Assembly: GCA_009914755.4 (NCBI GenBank) | Contig: CP086569.2 | Location: 13,408,001-13,472,000 of the forward strand | DNA from: the human T2T-CHM13v2.0 reference genome, Homo sapiens | Direction: 5' to 3' | DNA: 64,000 nt | Shown here: piece after piece, positions 51,045 to 63,322 of the stretch | How positions within the stretch are numbered: the first letter of the stretch is position 1 | Layout of the letters: every line of letters begins with the position of its first letter | Position numbers and translations under genes: made by a program | The notes under the pieces: generated by a model | Told to the model about the DNA's origin: nothing | Databases searched by the model: none | What the model saw: only the letters and a program-made list of their open reading frames with translations

Positions 51045-51160
51045 GGTTACAGGACCACTATGTTGCACAGGCTGGCCTTGCACTCCTGGCCTTGATCCTC
51101 TCACCTCAGCCTCCCAGAGTGCTGGGATTATAAGGGTGAGCCACAGGACCACATCCAGCC
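51045..51160 (-). mobile_element. Alu fragment
   Basis: ggttacaggaccactatgttgcacaggctggccttgcactcctggcc ... cctcccagagtgctgggattataagggtgagccacagg. Confidence 0.75.
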
Positions 51161-51456
51161 AATGTGTTCATTTTTGAAGTTTGACTTAAGAGTCTCGTAG
51201 ATTCAGTATCTTATGTGGCTGTAGTCACTGTCCTTGCCATTAGTCTCAGGAGGAGAAGCTAGAGCAGGGAGGCAGATCCACAAAGCACTCACGCGGAGGG
51301 AGAAGCATGCAAAAGGATGGTGGAAGAGACCAATGCCCTGAGATGCCAGAGCTGAGGGAAGCTGAAAGGAAATGCAAAGGAAGATTTAACTCAGACATAT
51401 CAGTTCTAGACAGGGCAGGTAAGCAGTCTTCTACAAGCAAATTCATGTCATTGAGC

Positions 51457-51590
51457 AGGGCACAGTGGAGCACGCCTCTAATCCCAGCACTTTGGGAGGC
51501 TGAGGTAGGAGGATCACTTGAGTCCAGGAGTTTGAGACCAGCTGGCAAAACCTAGCAAGATCCCATCTCTACAAAAAATACAACAGTTGC
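51457..51590 (+). mobile_element. Alu left-monomer fragment
   Basis: gcagggcacagtggagcacgcctctaatcccagcactttgggaggctgaggtaggaggatcacttgagtccaggagtttgagaccagc. Confidence 0.8.
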
Positions 51591-52134
51591 TGCCTTGTGG
51601 TTCGGTGCCAACATACATAGCTGTACTCACACAGCTCCTTGATCCCTCATGTGACTCCCAGTCTGTGACCTGAGAGTTGCCTTTCCAGAAGAATCCAGCC
51701 CTGTCGAAAGCTGCCCTTTTGTTTCCCAGCTGCCCCATCCCTGGTGCCTACGCAAGAGCTCCCACTAGCCAGGTGCGCAGTCTGGAGCCCCTGTGCCCTC
51801 TCTTGGGGGAGAGACTCCTATAGTATGTGCTGATGTGGCAGCCCCCTCCTCTCTGGCTCTCCTCTTGCCTCCTTGTCAGCTGTATGCATTCTTCAAAGCT
51901 GCCACCTCTGGGTTGACCTTGGCTGACTTTGCATGTTATGGGATCCTTTCATGCTTTCACCTTTCTCCAGAGAGCTACCTGGATACAGAGATGTCCATTT
52001 TCCATGTTAGCATCTTCCAGCTTCCATTCCTGTTGACTGTGTCCAAGTCCAGTCCCCCTCCCAGGCTGGGCTGAGATAACACAGGCACCCACTCAGAATG
52101 CTGTACAGATACATAGATGGATTGATTGATTCAT

Positions 52135-52405
52135 TGACAGGGTCTCACTCTGTGGCCCAGGCTGGAGTGCAGTGGTGCAGTCATGGCTCTCTGCAGCCTT
52201 GACCTCCAAGCTCAGTCAATCTTTCCAGTAGCTGAGATCACAGGAGGACCCCAGCATGCCAGCAATTTTAAAAAAAGTTTTTGTAGACAGTGTCTTGCTA
52301 TACTGTGCAGGCAGGCCTCAAACTCTTGGCCTCAAGCAATCCTTTCCCCTTAGTCTCCCAGAGTGCTGGGATTACAAGGGTGAGCCACCACACCACACCC
52401 ACCCA
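52135..52405 (-). mobile_element. Alu SINE (older, AluJ-like)
   Basis: cagggtctcactctgtggcccaggctggagtgcagtggtgcagtcatggctctctgcagcc ... tctcccagagtgctgggattacaagggtgagccaccacacc. Confidence 0.85.
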
Positions 52406-55400
52406 ATTAAAGTTTGACTTAAGAGTCCCATAGATTCAGTGTCTTATGTGGCTTTTAGGTCCTTGTAATTAGTCTCAGAAATCAAGTTAGCTCATCCGTT
52501 TTCTGAAGGCCCACACATTTGAAGTAAGAAAGGAAATAGTTCTGAGTCACATCCTTCTCAATATAAATAGAAAATGCATTCAAATATTTCCACAAATTTT
52601 GTGTCTTTTAAATCTGCACAAACCCAGAGAATTCCTAGAGAGGCTGCCAGAACTAATAGCACATGTCAGGTCTGCATTCCACCAGGCCAGCTGAGCAAAC
52701 CACATCAGGCCCCTTCATACCACACAGCTCACCACCACCTCACAGATGTATTTCTGCCTCAGGCTTTCTCACATGTGGCATTTGAAGCATGTCCTTGGGA
52801 ACATGTTTGTCCTCTCGGAAAGTTTAAATTTTTGTGTGTTCATTTCTGTGCTAGCTCTTAGAGTCTAAATCAAGATGTGGTGAATGGTGTGAATGACCAT
52901 GGCTGTGTGTCAGAGAGTCTCATTGACCACAGTGCTGACACAGTTTTCCTGGGTGGAAGAAAAGAGTGAGTTCAGGACTCCCCTGTGAACAGTATGCTCC
53001 ACGTGGATGAGGGACAGGACATCAGGGTGCCGTGCCAGCAGAGCTCTGTGTCTTGTTAGTCTAAACAAAAGTGATGGCTGAGATGAGTCCTTCTGTGATA
53101 CCCCAGAAATTGTGATAGCCGGGCCCAGAAGCAGCACCATTGCAGTGCCCAGGGCCACGAACATTGTGATTCATGTTCAGCAAAGCCACACCACCTGTCA
53201 TTAAACCTGAAGTTGGCTTTACAGTTTTGCTTGCATATAACATTGTTTTGCATTTTAAAGGAAACAGATTTTATACATAGGCATATTTAACAGTCTAATA
53301 AAAAATAATTGAATTCATATATTGTATGATACCATTTCCAGAATAGGTACATCTATAGATAGAAAGTAGATTAGTGGCTGCCAGGGGTTGAGTGGGACCA
53401 AGTGAGGCAGAGACTGCTCATGGACAGAGGGTTTCTTTCTAGAGTAATGGAAATCCTCTGGAATCAGATAGTGGTGACTGCTGTGAATATACTAAAAACT
53501 ACCGACCTGTGCTGTTTCAAAGGGCAAGTTTTATGATATACTAATTTTATCTTGGTTATAAAAAAAATCTCAACACTGGGAATCCACAAGAAAACTTTTT
53601 AATTTAAAATGGGTCTGTGCATTAAGTGGCTGTAGCTCAAAGGTCAACAGTGTTTGCAGAATATGAGATGATAAATATTTGTGGCTTAGAGGGACATAGC
53701 ATCCCTGCTGCAGCCACTCAGCTCTGCTGTGATACCATGAAACCAGACATGTGGTGACCAGGTTGCCCTCCCTACAGGCCTGCTTAGAGAACCCTGGCTA
53801 GATTCCAGCCCTTGATGGTCACCCCGGCAGGGAGCAGCATCCCTGCTACCCCACCAGACCCAACAGCCATGGGGGCCTTTCCCTTCTCCACATTTCTTCC
53901 TGCCCTTCCCTAAAGCAGGAAGTGAGACAAGGAAACATGTGAGTCAGATATGTGGATGTCTTCTGCAGAACTCATCTGGCCCCTTCCTTCAAGTCATTTG
54001 TTTCTTTCTGTGAGTTAGTCCTGCCCCCTGCTTACCAGAGACAGGTAGTTTTACTTGTAGGCTCCCTGAGCAGAATTGGAGTCAGTGTGACACAGATTGT
54101 GTCTTTGAATAGAAAGTCTCCACAATGCCATGCCCCTCTTAACTCTGTGTGTGTCCACTGTATGCACTAGATCTCCCTCCCAGCTCTCCTCCTCCCAAGC
54201 ATATCCCACACACTTCTCAAACTGCATCTCATCCTTCCTTAGATCACTTCCAGAATTGTCTGCAGAGTTGAGGTCTCATGGTTTGTGAGACAGTCTCAAG
54301 CAGCTCACCCATATCAAGTGGTGTCAGATGTGTCAGATTGGGGGGTTTAGGTCAGGGTCACCTGGAAACAAGTTTACTGGGGAGCAGAGCAGCTTTCTTC
54401 TCAGCTTGGAAGAATATGATAAACCATCCCTAGATTCACTGGTTTCAAGTCTAGGGAAGCAGATGGACTCAACAGAGGAAAGGATTGCATAACCATTGTT
54501 TTAGTCAGGGGTTAGCAAACTATGGTCCACAGCCCCCTGTCTGTTTTTGTAAATAAAATTTTATTGGCGTGCAGCCACATTCGTTTGCCCATGGACTGCC
54601 TGTGGCTGCTTCCTCTCTATAATGGCAGAGTTGAGTCGTCATTGCGGCAGATCAGATGGCTTTTACAGCTGAAACTATCTGCCATCTGATCCTTTACAAA
54701 AAGGTTTGCTTGCCGACCAGGCTTAGTGGAGGGATGTAAGGGATGGTCTTAACCTGAGTGTGCTTCCAGCACAGGGAGCATGGAACCCAGTGGCAGTCTG
54801 TCTAGATGTTTTCAGAGAGGCTTCTTTGTGGTATTTCATGATTATCTTGCAACATAATGTCCATCTCCCCATGTTTTTTTACTTTCCTAGTCTCTGGTTT
54901 GGTTAACTTGGTAAAGTTTGCTTTGTCCAAGTAGAGGGGGCTGTGGCTTGTTCACAGCCCAAGAATGCAGGAGCACGCAGGATGCTGTAACATCAGCTTC
55001 TCTTACTTATTAGTGATAATCTGGGTTAGGGAAGGTTGCCCTTGGACCACATGGGCATGCCTCCCAATTCATGGAAAGTGACTCATAAAAGTTTCACATT
55101 TCACCAAGACTGTCCAGGAGATGAGGAGGAAGTTCTTTCAGAACATAAGGGTACTAGGGTGGTGATTTCATTCTGTTCTTTTTTTATTTGTGGAATTTTT
55201 CAAGAACAAAAATGTTTTGTGTCAAATAAAAGCAGACTTGTATTCATTTTATTACAATGATTTTGATTTTAAAGTCTATACTGCACAATCTATGAAAAGA
55301 TTTGAGCATCTTGTAAGCCCTGATAATTATGCCTCACTCTAAGAAACATGGATATGTGGAACCAACATTGTAAACCTTAATATTATAATACTGTGTTTTC

Positions 55401-55447
55401 TGTTTAGAAGTAATTCAGGGAGAGTCTCCTTTAAGAATGGATTCCTA

Positions 55448-55718
55448 GGCCAGGTGCAATGCGTCATACCTGTAATCCAGTACTTTAGGAGGCTGAGAGG
55501 ATTGCTTGAGCCCAGGAGTTCGATACCAGCCTGGGCAACATAGTGAGACCCCATTTCTAAAAAAAAAAAATTAGCTGGGCAGTTACTTGGGAGGCTGGGT
55601 TGGGAGGATCAATTGAGCCCAGGAGGTCAAGGCTGTAGTGAACTGTGATGGTGCCATTGCACTCCAGCCTGGGTGACAGTGAGACCTTCTCTCAAAAAAA
55701 AAAAAAAAAAAAAAAACA
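55448..55718 (+). mobile_element. Alu SINE with long poly-A
   Basis: ggccaggtgcaatgcgtcatacctgtaatccagtactttaggaggctgagagg ... gcactccagcctgggtgacagtgagaccttctctc ... then (A)23. Confidence 0.9.
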
Positions 55719-55719
55719 A

Positions 55720-57175
55720 ATTTTAGCTCTAAGTTGACTGCAAGAACAAACCAGGAATCCTGAGAGGACCCACAGACCCTCTGAAGAAAACAGACTGCTT
55801 CTGCAGGAACTGGGAGACCCCCTGCAAAACTGTGAGCCCCACCTGCGGAAGTGGGAAATGGAGACCCTCGTCTCCCGGACATACACCCCCACTGAAGAAG
55901 CTGAAGGTGTGTTTGTGGGAAAAGTTTCCAAATTTACCTGGAGCTGGATCAATTTGGAGAGCCCAGTGAAACACACGGGTAGAGGAAGCAGCAGAAAGTC
56001 ACTGGGAGCTCACTGGGTCCCCAAGTAGCCCATTCCTGCCTGGCACCACAGGGCTCTCACAGGTGAAGAGCAGGGGGTAAAACTCCACAGAGAGAAATAA
56101 ATCTCTAGCTGAACTTTGTAACCATTTGAAGTGGGGTGAGAAGTCTCCTGGCCAGAACTCTGAGGAGGGTGCACATCTGGTGTGCAGACTCCACAGACAG
56201 GGGAAGAACCAAGCTTTTTCTTTCACAGCTGGGAGGAGGGTAGCCTGGGACAAGTTTTCAGGCTGGCCCATGTTGCTGTCCGCCTGGAAACATACTGGGG
56301 GATGTTGGTGTGGGCACAGTGGGGTTGAGTAGCTGAGTGAGACCTGTGACTGCTGCCTTTCCCCCACTTCCCTGATGACCTGCATGACTCAGCAGAGGCA
56401 ACCATAATCCAGCTAGGTACACAACTCCAGTGACCTGGGAATCCCACCCCCATCTCCCACAGCAGCCACAGCAAGATCCACCGAAGGAGAGTCTGAGCTC
56501 AGACATGGCTAGTCCTGCCCCCACCTCATGGTCCTTCCCTATCCACTCTAGTAGTGGAAGACAAAGGACATATAATCTTGGCAACTCTAGGGCCCCACCC
56601 ACTGCCAGTCCCTCTCCACACAATTACAGCAGATGCTTTCTAGAAAGTGCCACCTCCTGGCACCAGCACAAAAATAGAACATTAAACCACTGAAGCTAAG
56701 GACCCTCACAAAGTCCACTGCATCCCCCAGTGCTTCACTGGAGCAGGCACTGATATCCATGGCTGGGAGACCCATAGATGGTTCTGGTTCACATCACAGG
56801 ACTCTGTGCAGACAACCCCCAGTACCAGCCCAGAGCCAGGTAGACTTGCTGGGTGGCTAGACCCAGAAGAGAGAACAATCACTGCAGTTCAGCTCACAGG
56901 AAGCAGGAACAGGAGGAAAGTACTACATCAAGGGAACTCCCTGTGGGACAAAAAAATTTGAACAACAGCCTTCAGCAGACCTTCCCTCTAACAGAGCCTA
57001 CCCAAATGAGAAATAACCAGAAAACCAGCCCTAATAATATGACAAAACAAGGCTCTTTAACACCCACCAAAATCACACTAGTTCACCAGCAATGGATCCA
57101 AACCAAGAAGAAATCCCTGATTTACCTTAAAAAGAGTTTGGAGGTAAGTTATTAAGCTGATCAGGGAGAGACAAG
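55720..57175 (+). mobile_element. Older L1 (L1PB/L1M-like) 5' region: 5'UTR plus start of ORF1
   Basis: ORF 56853-57155 ends MTKQGSLTPTKITLVHQQWIQTKKKSLIYLKKSLEV, the ORF1 N-terminus of older L1 subfamilies. Upstream is typical old-L1 5'UTR. Confidence 0.75.
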
Positions 57176-59000
57176 AGAAAGTTTGAAATCAGGTAGTATG
57201 ATGCCTCCAGATTTGTTCCAAATTGTTGCTTATCTTCCTTTGGCTATGCAGCCTGTTTTTTGGTTCCATATGAATTTTAGAATTGTTTTTTCTAATTCTA
57301 TGAAGAATGATATTTTGATTGGGGTTGCATTGGATTTGTGGACATCTTTTGGCAGTATAGTCATTTTTACAGTATTGATTCTACCCATCCATGAGCATGG
57401 GATGTGTTTCCATTTGTTCATTTCAGCTATGATTCTTTTAGCAGTGTTTTATAGCTTTTATCTTAGAGGTCTTTTGACTCCTTGGTAAGGTATACTCCTA
57501 AGTATTTTATTTTTTTGCAGCTGTTGTGAAAGTGGTTGAGTTCTGGATTTGATTCTTAGCTTGGTCACTGTTGTTATGTAGAAGAGCTACTGATTTGTGT
57601 ATATTAGTCTTGTATCTGGAAACTTTGCTGAATTCTCTTATCAGTTCTTGGAGCTTTCTGGACGAGTCCTTAGGATTGTCAAGGCTAACAGTCATATCAT
57701 CAGCAAACTGCGACAGTTTTACTTCTTCTTTACTAATCTGGATGCTGTTTATTTCTTTCTCCTGTCAGATTGCTCTGGCTTAGATTACCAGTGCCATGTT
57801 GAAGAGAAGTAGTGAGAGTGGACGTCCTTGTCTTGTTCCAGTTCTCGAGGAAATGCTTTCAGCTTTTCCCCATCTGGTATTCTGTTGGCTGTGGGTTTGT
57901 CATAGATGGGTTTTATTACACTGAGGTATGTCCTTTGTATGCCGATGTTTTTAATCATAAAGTGATGCTGATTTTGTCAAATGCTTTTTCTGCATCTATT
58001 GAAATGATCATGTGATTTTGTTTTTAATTCTGTTTATGTGGTGTATCGCATTTTTTGATGTGCATATGTCAAAACATCCCTGCATCCCTGGTATGAAACC
58101 CACTGATCATGATTATAGTGGATTATCTTTTTGATATGTTTTGGATTTGGTTACCTAGTATTTTGTTCAGGATTTTAGCATCTATCTTCCTTGAGGATAT
58201 TGGTCTGTAGTTTTCTTTCCTGGTTATGTCTTTTCCTGGTTTTGGGAAGCTGGCTTCACAGAATGAATCAGGGAGGGTTCCTTCTTTCTCTATCTTGTGG
58301 AGTAGTGTCAAAAGGATTGGTACCAATTCTTCTTTGAATGTCTGGTAGAAATCTGCTGTGACTCTCTCTGGTCCTGGACATTTTTGTTGGTAATTTTTAA
58401 ATTACCAATTCAATCTTGCTGCTTGTTACTGGTCTGTTCAGGGTATCTAATTCTTGATTTAAGCTAGGTGAGTTGTATTCTTCTAGGAATGTATCCATCT
58501 CTTCTAGGTTTCCTAGTTTATGTGCATAAAGGTGTTCATAGTAGCTTTGAATGATCTTTTGTATTTCAATGGTATGAGTTGCAATATCTCCAGTTTTATT
58601 TCTTATTGAGGTTATTTGGATTTTCTCTCGTCTTTTCTTGGTTAATCTTGTCAATGGTCTATCAATTTAGTTTATCTTTTCAAGAAACTAGCTTTTTGTT
58701 TCACTTGTAATTTTTTTTTTGTTTCAATTTCATTTAGTTCTGCTCTGATCTTGGGTTATTTCATTTCTTCTGCTAGGTTTGGGTTTGGTTGTTCTTGTTT
58801 CTCTAGTTATTTGATGTATAACCTTTGAGTGTCAGTTTATGCTCTTTCAGTCTTTTTGATGTAGGTATTTAGGGCTAAGAACTTTCCTCTTAGCGCTGCC
58901 TTAACTGTATTCCAGAGGTTTTGATAGGTGTCGTCACTGTTGTCATTCAGTTCGAAGAATGTTTTTAATTTCCATCTTGATTTTGTTTTTTACCCAGTGC
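57176..59000 (-). mobile_element. Older L1 ORF2 fragment (antisense), abutting the plus-strand L1 5' fragment head-to-head
   Basis: Minus-strand ORFs read [62 protein letters not shown] and ...[52 protein letters not shown], which are L1 ORF2 motifs. Confidence 0.85.
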
Positions 59001-59030
59001 TTATTCAGGGGCAGGTTACTGTCATGCAAG

Positions 59031-59412
59031 TCTGTGTGAAGAAACCACCAAACAGGCATTGTGTGAGCAATAAAGCTTTTTAATCACCTGGGTGTAGGCA
59101 GGCTGAATCTGAAAAGAGAGTCAGCGAAGGGAGATGGGTAGGGGCTGTTTTATAGGATTTGGGTAGGCAGTGGAAAATTACAGTCAAAGGGGGTTGTTCT
59201 CTGGCAGGCAGGGGTGGAGGTCACAAGGTGCTCAGTGGGGGAGCTTCTGAGCCAGGAGAAGGAATTTCACAAGATAATGTCATCAGTTAGGGCAGGAACC
59301 AGCCATTTTCACTTCTTATGTGATTCTTCACTTGCTTCAGGCCATCTGGATGTATATGTGCAGGTCACAGGGGATATGATGGCTTAGCTTGGGCTCAGAG
59401 GCCTGACCTTCC
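59031..59412 (-). mobile_element. LTR7-like 3' LTR of the HERV-H provirus
   Basis: It is the reverse complement of the LTR at 33995-34362, for example gattcagcctgcctacacccaggtgattaaaaagctttattgctcacacaatgcctgtttggtggtttcttcacacagac. The 5' end ggtcaggcctctgagcccaagc is at 59391-59412. Confidence 0.8.
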
Positions 59413-59535
59413 TGTCTTCTTACATTAATAAGAAAAATAAAACAAAATAGTGGTAAAGTGTTGGGGCGGCAAAAATTTTGGGAGGAGGTATGGAGAGATA
59501 ATGGGTGATGTTTCTCAGGGCTACTTCAAGGGGGA

Positions 59536-59766
59536 TTAGGGGTGGTGTGGGAACCTAGAGTGGGAGAGATTAAGCTGAAGGAAGATTTTGTGGTAAGGGG
59601 TGATATTGTGGGGTTTTGTAAGAAGGAGCATTTCCTGTATAGAATGATTGGTGATGACCCGGATACAGTTTTGTATGAATTGAGAAACCAAACAGAAGAC
59701 ACAAGTTCCGAATAAGAGGAGAAAAACAGGTATTAAAGGACTAAGAATTGGGAGGACCCAGGACAT
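59536..59766 (-). CDS. env TM membrane-anchor and cytoplasmic tail remnant (env otherwise largely deleted, as is typical for HERV-H)
   Basis: MSWVLPILSPLIPVFLLLFGTCVFCLVSQFIQNCIRV has a hydrophobic anchor immediately 5' of the 3' LTR. Confidence 0.55.
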   Translation of the reverse strand: MSWVLPILSPLIPVFLLLFGTCVFCLVSQFIQNCIRVITNHSIQEMLLLTKPHNITPYHKIFLQLNLSHSRFPHHP

Positions 59767-60781
59767 CCAATTAGAGAATGCCCAAGGGTGTTCAGCATAA
59801 TTATTTGCTTGGTTGGTGAGTTTTGGGGCTCTATCCGTGAGTTTTTTTGTGTTGTCATACAGCAGGACAGATTGATTTAGGTTAAAACAACAATTTTCAT
59901 TTAAAAATACACAGAGTCCCCTTTTTTTAGCAGTGAGTAAGTCGAGGCCTCAGTGATTTTGGAGGAAAGAGAAATGCAAAGCCAGAAATTGTTTGCAAAA
60001 AGGATTAGAAATGGCTAGGAGAGAGTGAGTGAAATTGATAGTGTGGTGGAGATAGCTGGGGAGAGGTAGAGGGTGACATAAGAATGGGAACAAGAATAAA
60101 AGTAAGTATAAAAGTAAAGAATAGAACTTCATCAGGGTGAAAGTATTGGAGTGTACCCTGTCAGCAAACATTATTTATCCACTTTAAGAGTGACTTCAGG
60201 ATGGCGGTTTGAGGTAAAACCAGGAGATACCAGTTATGATGGTTTGAAGGAAAAGTGCAAACTGGCAGTGTAAACAAGGACAGGGTATTTATGAGTAGTC
60301 GAGAATGGTGAATAGGAGTATGACTAGACAGAAGATGGTAGGGATGACGACTTTTTGGGGTGCGGTTCAAGTTGGGCTGGTGTCTGGAATGAGACTGGGG
60401 CCTATGAAAAAGGAGCATCCATACAGGAGCTCAAATGGGCTGTACCTTGTAGCATTCTGAGGACAGGCCCAAATTCTGAGAAGGGCAAGTGGTAAAAGTA
60501 TTGTCCAGTCCTTTTTAAGTTGGAGGCTGAGCTTGGTGAGTTGTGTTTTTAAAAGACCATTAGTCTGTTTTACCTTTCCTGAAGATTGAGGATGATAAGG
60601 GGTATGAAGGTTCCACTGAATACCAAGAGCCTGAGAAACTGCTTGGGTGATTTGACTAATAAAGGCCAGTCCATTATCAGACTGTTTAGAGGTGGGAAGG
60701 CCAAACCAAGGAATTATATATGACAGAAGGGAAGAAATGACTGTGGTGGGCTTCTCAGACCCTGTGGGGAAAGGCGTCTGC

Positions 60782-61054
60782 TCATCCAGTGAAAGTGTCT
60801 ACCCAGATCCAGAGGTATTTTAGTTTCCTGACTCTGGGCATATGAGTAAAGTTAATTTCAGTGGGGCCATGAGGGACAGAAGTTGGAACACTAGCTGCTT
60901 CTTTAGCTACCTTATCAGCATATGTGTTGCCCTGAGCAATGGGATCTGATGCCTTTTGACAGCCCTTGCAGTGAATGACTCTAGCTTCCTTTGGAGTAAA
61001 GTGGCCTTGAGAAGAGTTTTCATTAGAAGAATAAATGATGGAGGACCCTTGCAT
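60782..61054 (-). CDS. Retroviral integrase N-terminal remnant
   Basis: Contains ...HFTPKEARVIHCKGCQKAS..., a zinc-binding HHCC-like motif, downstream of RNase H. Confidence 0.5.
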   Translation of the reverse strand: MQGSSIIYSSNENSSQGHFTPKEARVIHCKGCQKASDPIAQGNTYADKVAKEAASVPTSVPHGPTEINFTHMPRVRKLKYLWIWVDTFTG

Positions 61055-61653
61055 AGTGAGGAAACCTCTTTCAGCCCATATAACAGCATGGTGGTGCAGG
61101 ATATGGAAGCATATTTAGAGTCAGCATAAATATTGATGCATAGTCCCTTTGCAAGAATGAGGGCCTGAGTTAAGGCAATGAATTCAGCTTGCTGAGAGGT
61201 AGTGGAGGAGGGCAGAGTTGTAGCCTCAATGATAGATGTGGAAGATACTATAGCATAGCCTGCCTTTGCTGGTGAGTGGCGATTAGGCCTGGTGGAACTG
61301 CCATTGATGAACCAAGTGTGATCAGGATGAGGAACAGGAAAGAAGGAAATATGGGGAAATTGAATGAATGTCAGGTGGATCAGAGAGATACAGTCATGGG
61401 GGTCAGGTGTGGTATCTGCAATAATGTGGGAAGCCGGATTGAAGTCCAGGCCAGGAACAATGGTAACTGTGGGAGACTCAGCAAAGGGTGAGTATAGCTG
61501 AAGGAGCCAGGGAGCAGAAAGTATATGCATCAGGTGTGAGGAAGAAAATTGAGTTTGGAAGTTATGAGAACTGTAGAGAGTGAGTGAGCATAGTTTGCGA
61601 TTTTGAGGGCCTCTAAAAGTACTAGGGCAGTGGCAGCCACTGCACAGAGACAT
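60907..61653 (-). CDS. Retroviral RT-connection and RNase H remnant
   Basis: Contains TWFINGSS...AGYAIV...TSQQAEFIALTQALILAKGLCINIYADSKYA, the RNase H motif (compare TSAQRAELIALTQAL...NVYTDSRYA). Confidence 0.8.
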   Translation of the reverse strand: MSLCSGCHCPSTFRGPQNRKLCSLTLYSSHNFQTQFSSSHLMHILSAPWLLQLYSPFAESPTVTIVPGLDFNPASHIIADTTPDPHDCISLIHLTFIQFPHISFFPVPHPDHTWFINGSSTRPNRHSPAKAGYAIVSSTSIIEATTLPSSTTSQQAEFIALTQALILAKGLCINIYADSKYASISCTTMLLYGLKEVSSLCKGPPSFILLMKTLLKATLLQRKLESFTARAVKRHQIPLLRATHMLIR

Positions 61654-62059
61654 GATGGCCAGGCTAAAACAGTAAGGTCAAGTTTTTTGGACAAAAAGTC
61701 TACAGGGTGCGGTCCCAGCTCTTGTGTAAGAATTCTAACCACACAGCCCTGCACTTTGGCTGTGTGTTATGAAAAAGGGTTGGAATGAGTTAGGGAGATC
61801 TAGTGTGGGAGCAGCTTCTAGGGCTTTTTATGGAATGGAAAGGAGTAGGGAAAGCATTTAAGATTTACGGGGTCAGCTAGGTTTCCTTTTGTGAGTTTAT
61901 ATAATGGTTTAGACAGGATGGCAAAACTAGGTATCCAAAGGTGAAAGTACCTAACTATGCCTAGGAAGGAAAGGAGTTGCTGTTTTTTAGAAGGGGTTGG
62001 GGTTTTGGAGATTAACCAGACACAATCAGCAGGGAGAGCATGTATGCTTTCATGAAGAA

Positions 62060-62578
62060 TTATGCCAAGGTAGGTAATGGATGAGGAAGAACTTTGGGCT
62101 TGACTGAAGTAATAGGGGCTGTCCGTGAAGCCTTGCAGCAGTACAGCCCAGGTAATTTGCTGAGCTTGATGGTGTCAGGATCAGTCCAAGTGAAAGCGAA
62201 GAGAGGCTGGGATGAAGGGTGCAAAGGAATATTAAAGAAAGCATGTTTGAGATCCAGAACCGAACAATGGGTTGTGGAGGGAGGTATTGAGGATAGGAGA
62301 GTATATGGGTTTGGCACCATTGGGTGGATAGGCAAAACAATTTTGTTGATAAGGCACAGATCCTGAACTAACCTGTAAGACTTGTCTGGTTTTTGGACAG
62401 GTAAAATGGGCAAATTTTCAGGAGAGTTTTTAGGCTTTAAAAGGCCATGCTGTAACAGGCAAGTGATAAAAGGCTTTAATCCTTTTAAAATATGCTGTGG
62501 GATGGGATATTGGCATTGAGCGGAATAAGGGTAATTAGATTTTAATGGAATGGTAAGGGGTGCATGATTAGTTGCCAA
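62060..62578 (-). CDS. Retroviral reverse transcriptase remnant (fingers/palm)
   Basis: Contains LLKPKNSPENLPILPVQKPDKSYRLVQDLCLINKIVLPIHPMVPNPYTLLSSIPPSTTHCSVLDLKHAFFNIPLHPSSQPLFAFTW. The gammaretroviral RT counterpart is LL.P..SPWNTPLLPVKKPGT.DYRPVQDLR.VNK...IHPTVPNPYNLLS.LPP...WYTVLDLKDAFF.L.LHP.SQPLFAFEW. Confidence 0.8.
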   Translation of the reverse strand: MATNHAPLTIPLKSNYPYSAQCQYPIPQHILKGLKPFITCLLQHGLLKPKNSPENLPILPVQKPDKSYRLVQDLCLINKIVLPIHPMVPNPYTLLSSIPPSTTHCSVLDLKHAFFNIPLHPSSQPLFAFTWTDPDTIKLSKLPGLYCCKASRTAPITSVKPKVLPHPLPTLA

Positions 62579-62832
62579 GAAGGAAGTAGAGGTGCCCTAT
62601 ACTTGTGGATTAAGGTAGGGAGAGACAAGAGGAGGATATGAAGGGCAGCAATGAGGTATGGCTGTAGCCTAGGAATAGTCAGGGAAGCAGATAATTTAGT
62701 TAAAATGTCTCGACCTAATAAGGGAGCTGGGCAGGTGGGGATAACTAAGGAGTGTATGAAAGAATATTGTCCAAGTTGGCACCAGAGTTGGGGAGTTTTA
62801 AGAGGTGTAAAAGCCTGGCCATCAATACCCAC
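62542..62832 (-). CDS. Retroviral protease remnant
   Basis: Contains ...LLGRDILTKLSASLT..., comparable to the MLV protease motif LLGRDLLTKL. Confidence 0.6.
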   Translation of the reverse strand: MGIDGQAFTPLKTPQLWCQLGQYSFIHSLVIPTCPAPLLGRDILTKLSASLTIPRLQPYLIAALHILLLSLPTLIHKYRAPLLPSWQLIMHPLPFH

Positions 62833-62992
62833 AACAGTTATGGAGGCAAGGGAAACAGGTCATTGAAAAGAAGGCAATGTGAAGTGGGTAGCCTCCATGT
62901 TGATTAAGAAGGGGATGGACTTACTCTCCCTTGTAAGAGTTACCAGAAGTGTCTGTGATGGTCCAGGAAGCTTCTGAGGTGATTGGGCAGTG

Positions 62993-63322
62993 TTAGTCTT
63001 CAGCCGCTGAGTCAAGAAGATCTGGGAAGGAATCAGTCAGAGAGCCTTGGGCCAGAGTTTCAGGGGCTCTGGGAGTGGCTGCTGGGCGTGTTGGACAGTC
63101 CAGTTTCCAGTGGGGTCCTGCACAGATGGGACGTGGCTTAGGAGGAATCCTGGGCTGCAGGCATTCCTTGGCCCAGTGGCCAGATTTCTGGCACTTGAAG
63201 CAAGATCCTGGGGGAGGAGTTCCTGAAGGAATGCCTGACTGCTGTGGCTTAGGTGTTTTGAAGTTCTTGTGTGCTGGAGATGTGGCTGGGGTTTCTCTCA
63301 CAGTGGAGGCAAGGAATTGCAA
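62993..63322 (-). CDS. Retroviral gag nucleocapsid remnant with CCHC zinc knuckle
   Basis: ORF contains [19 protein letters not shown], a CX2CX4HX4C motif. Confidence 0.7.
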   Translation of the reverse strand: MQFLASTVRETPATSPAHKNFKTPKPQQSGIPSGTPPPGSCFKCQKSGHWAKECLQPRIPPKPRPICAGPHWKLDCPTRPAATPRAPETLAQGSLTDSFPDLLDSAAED

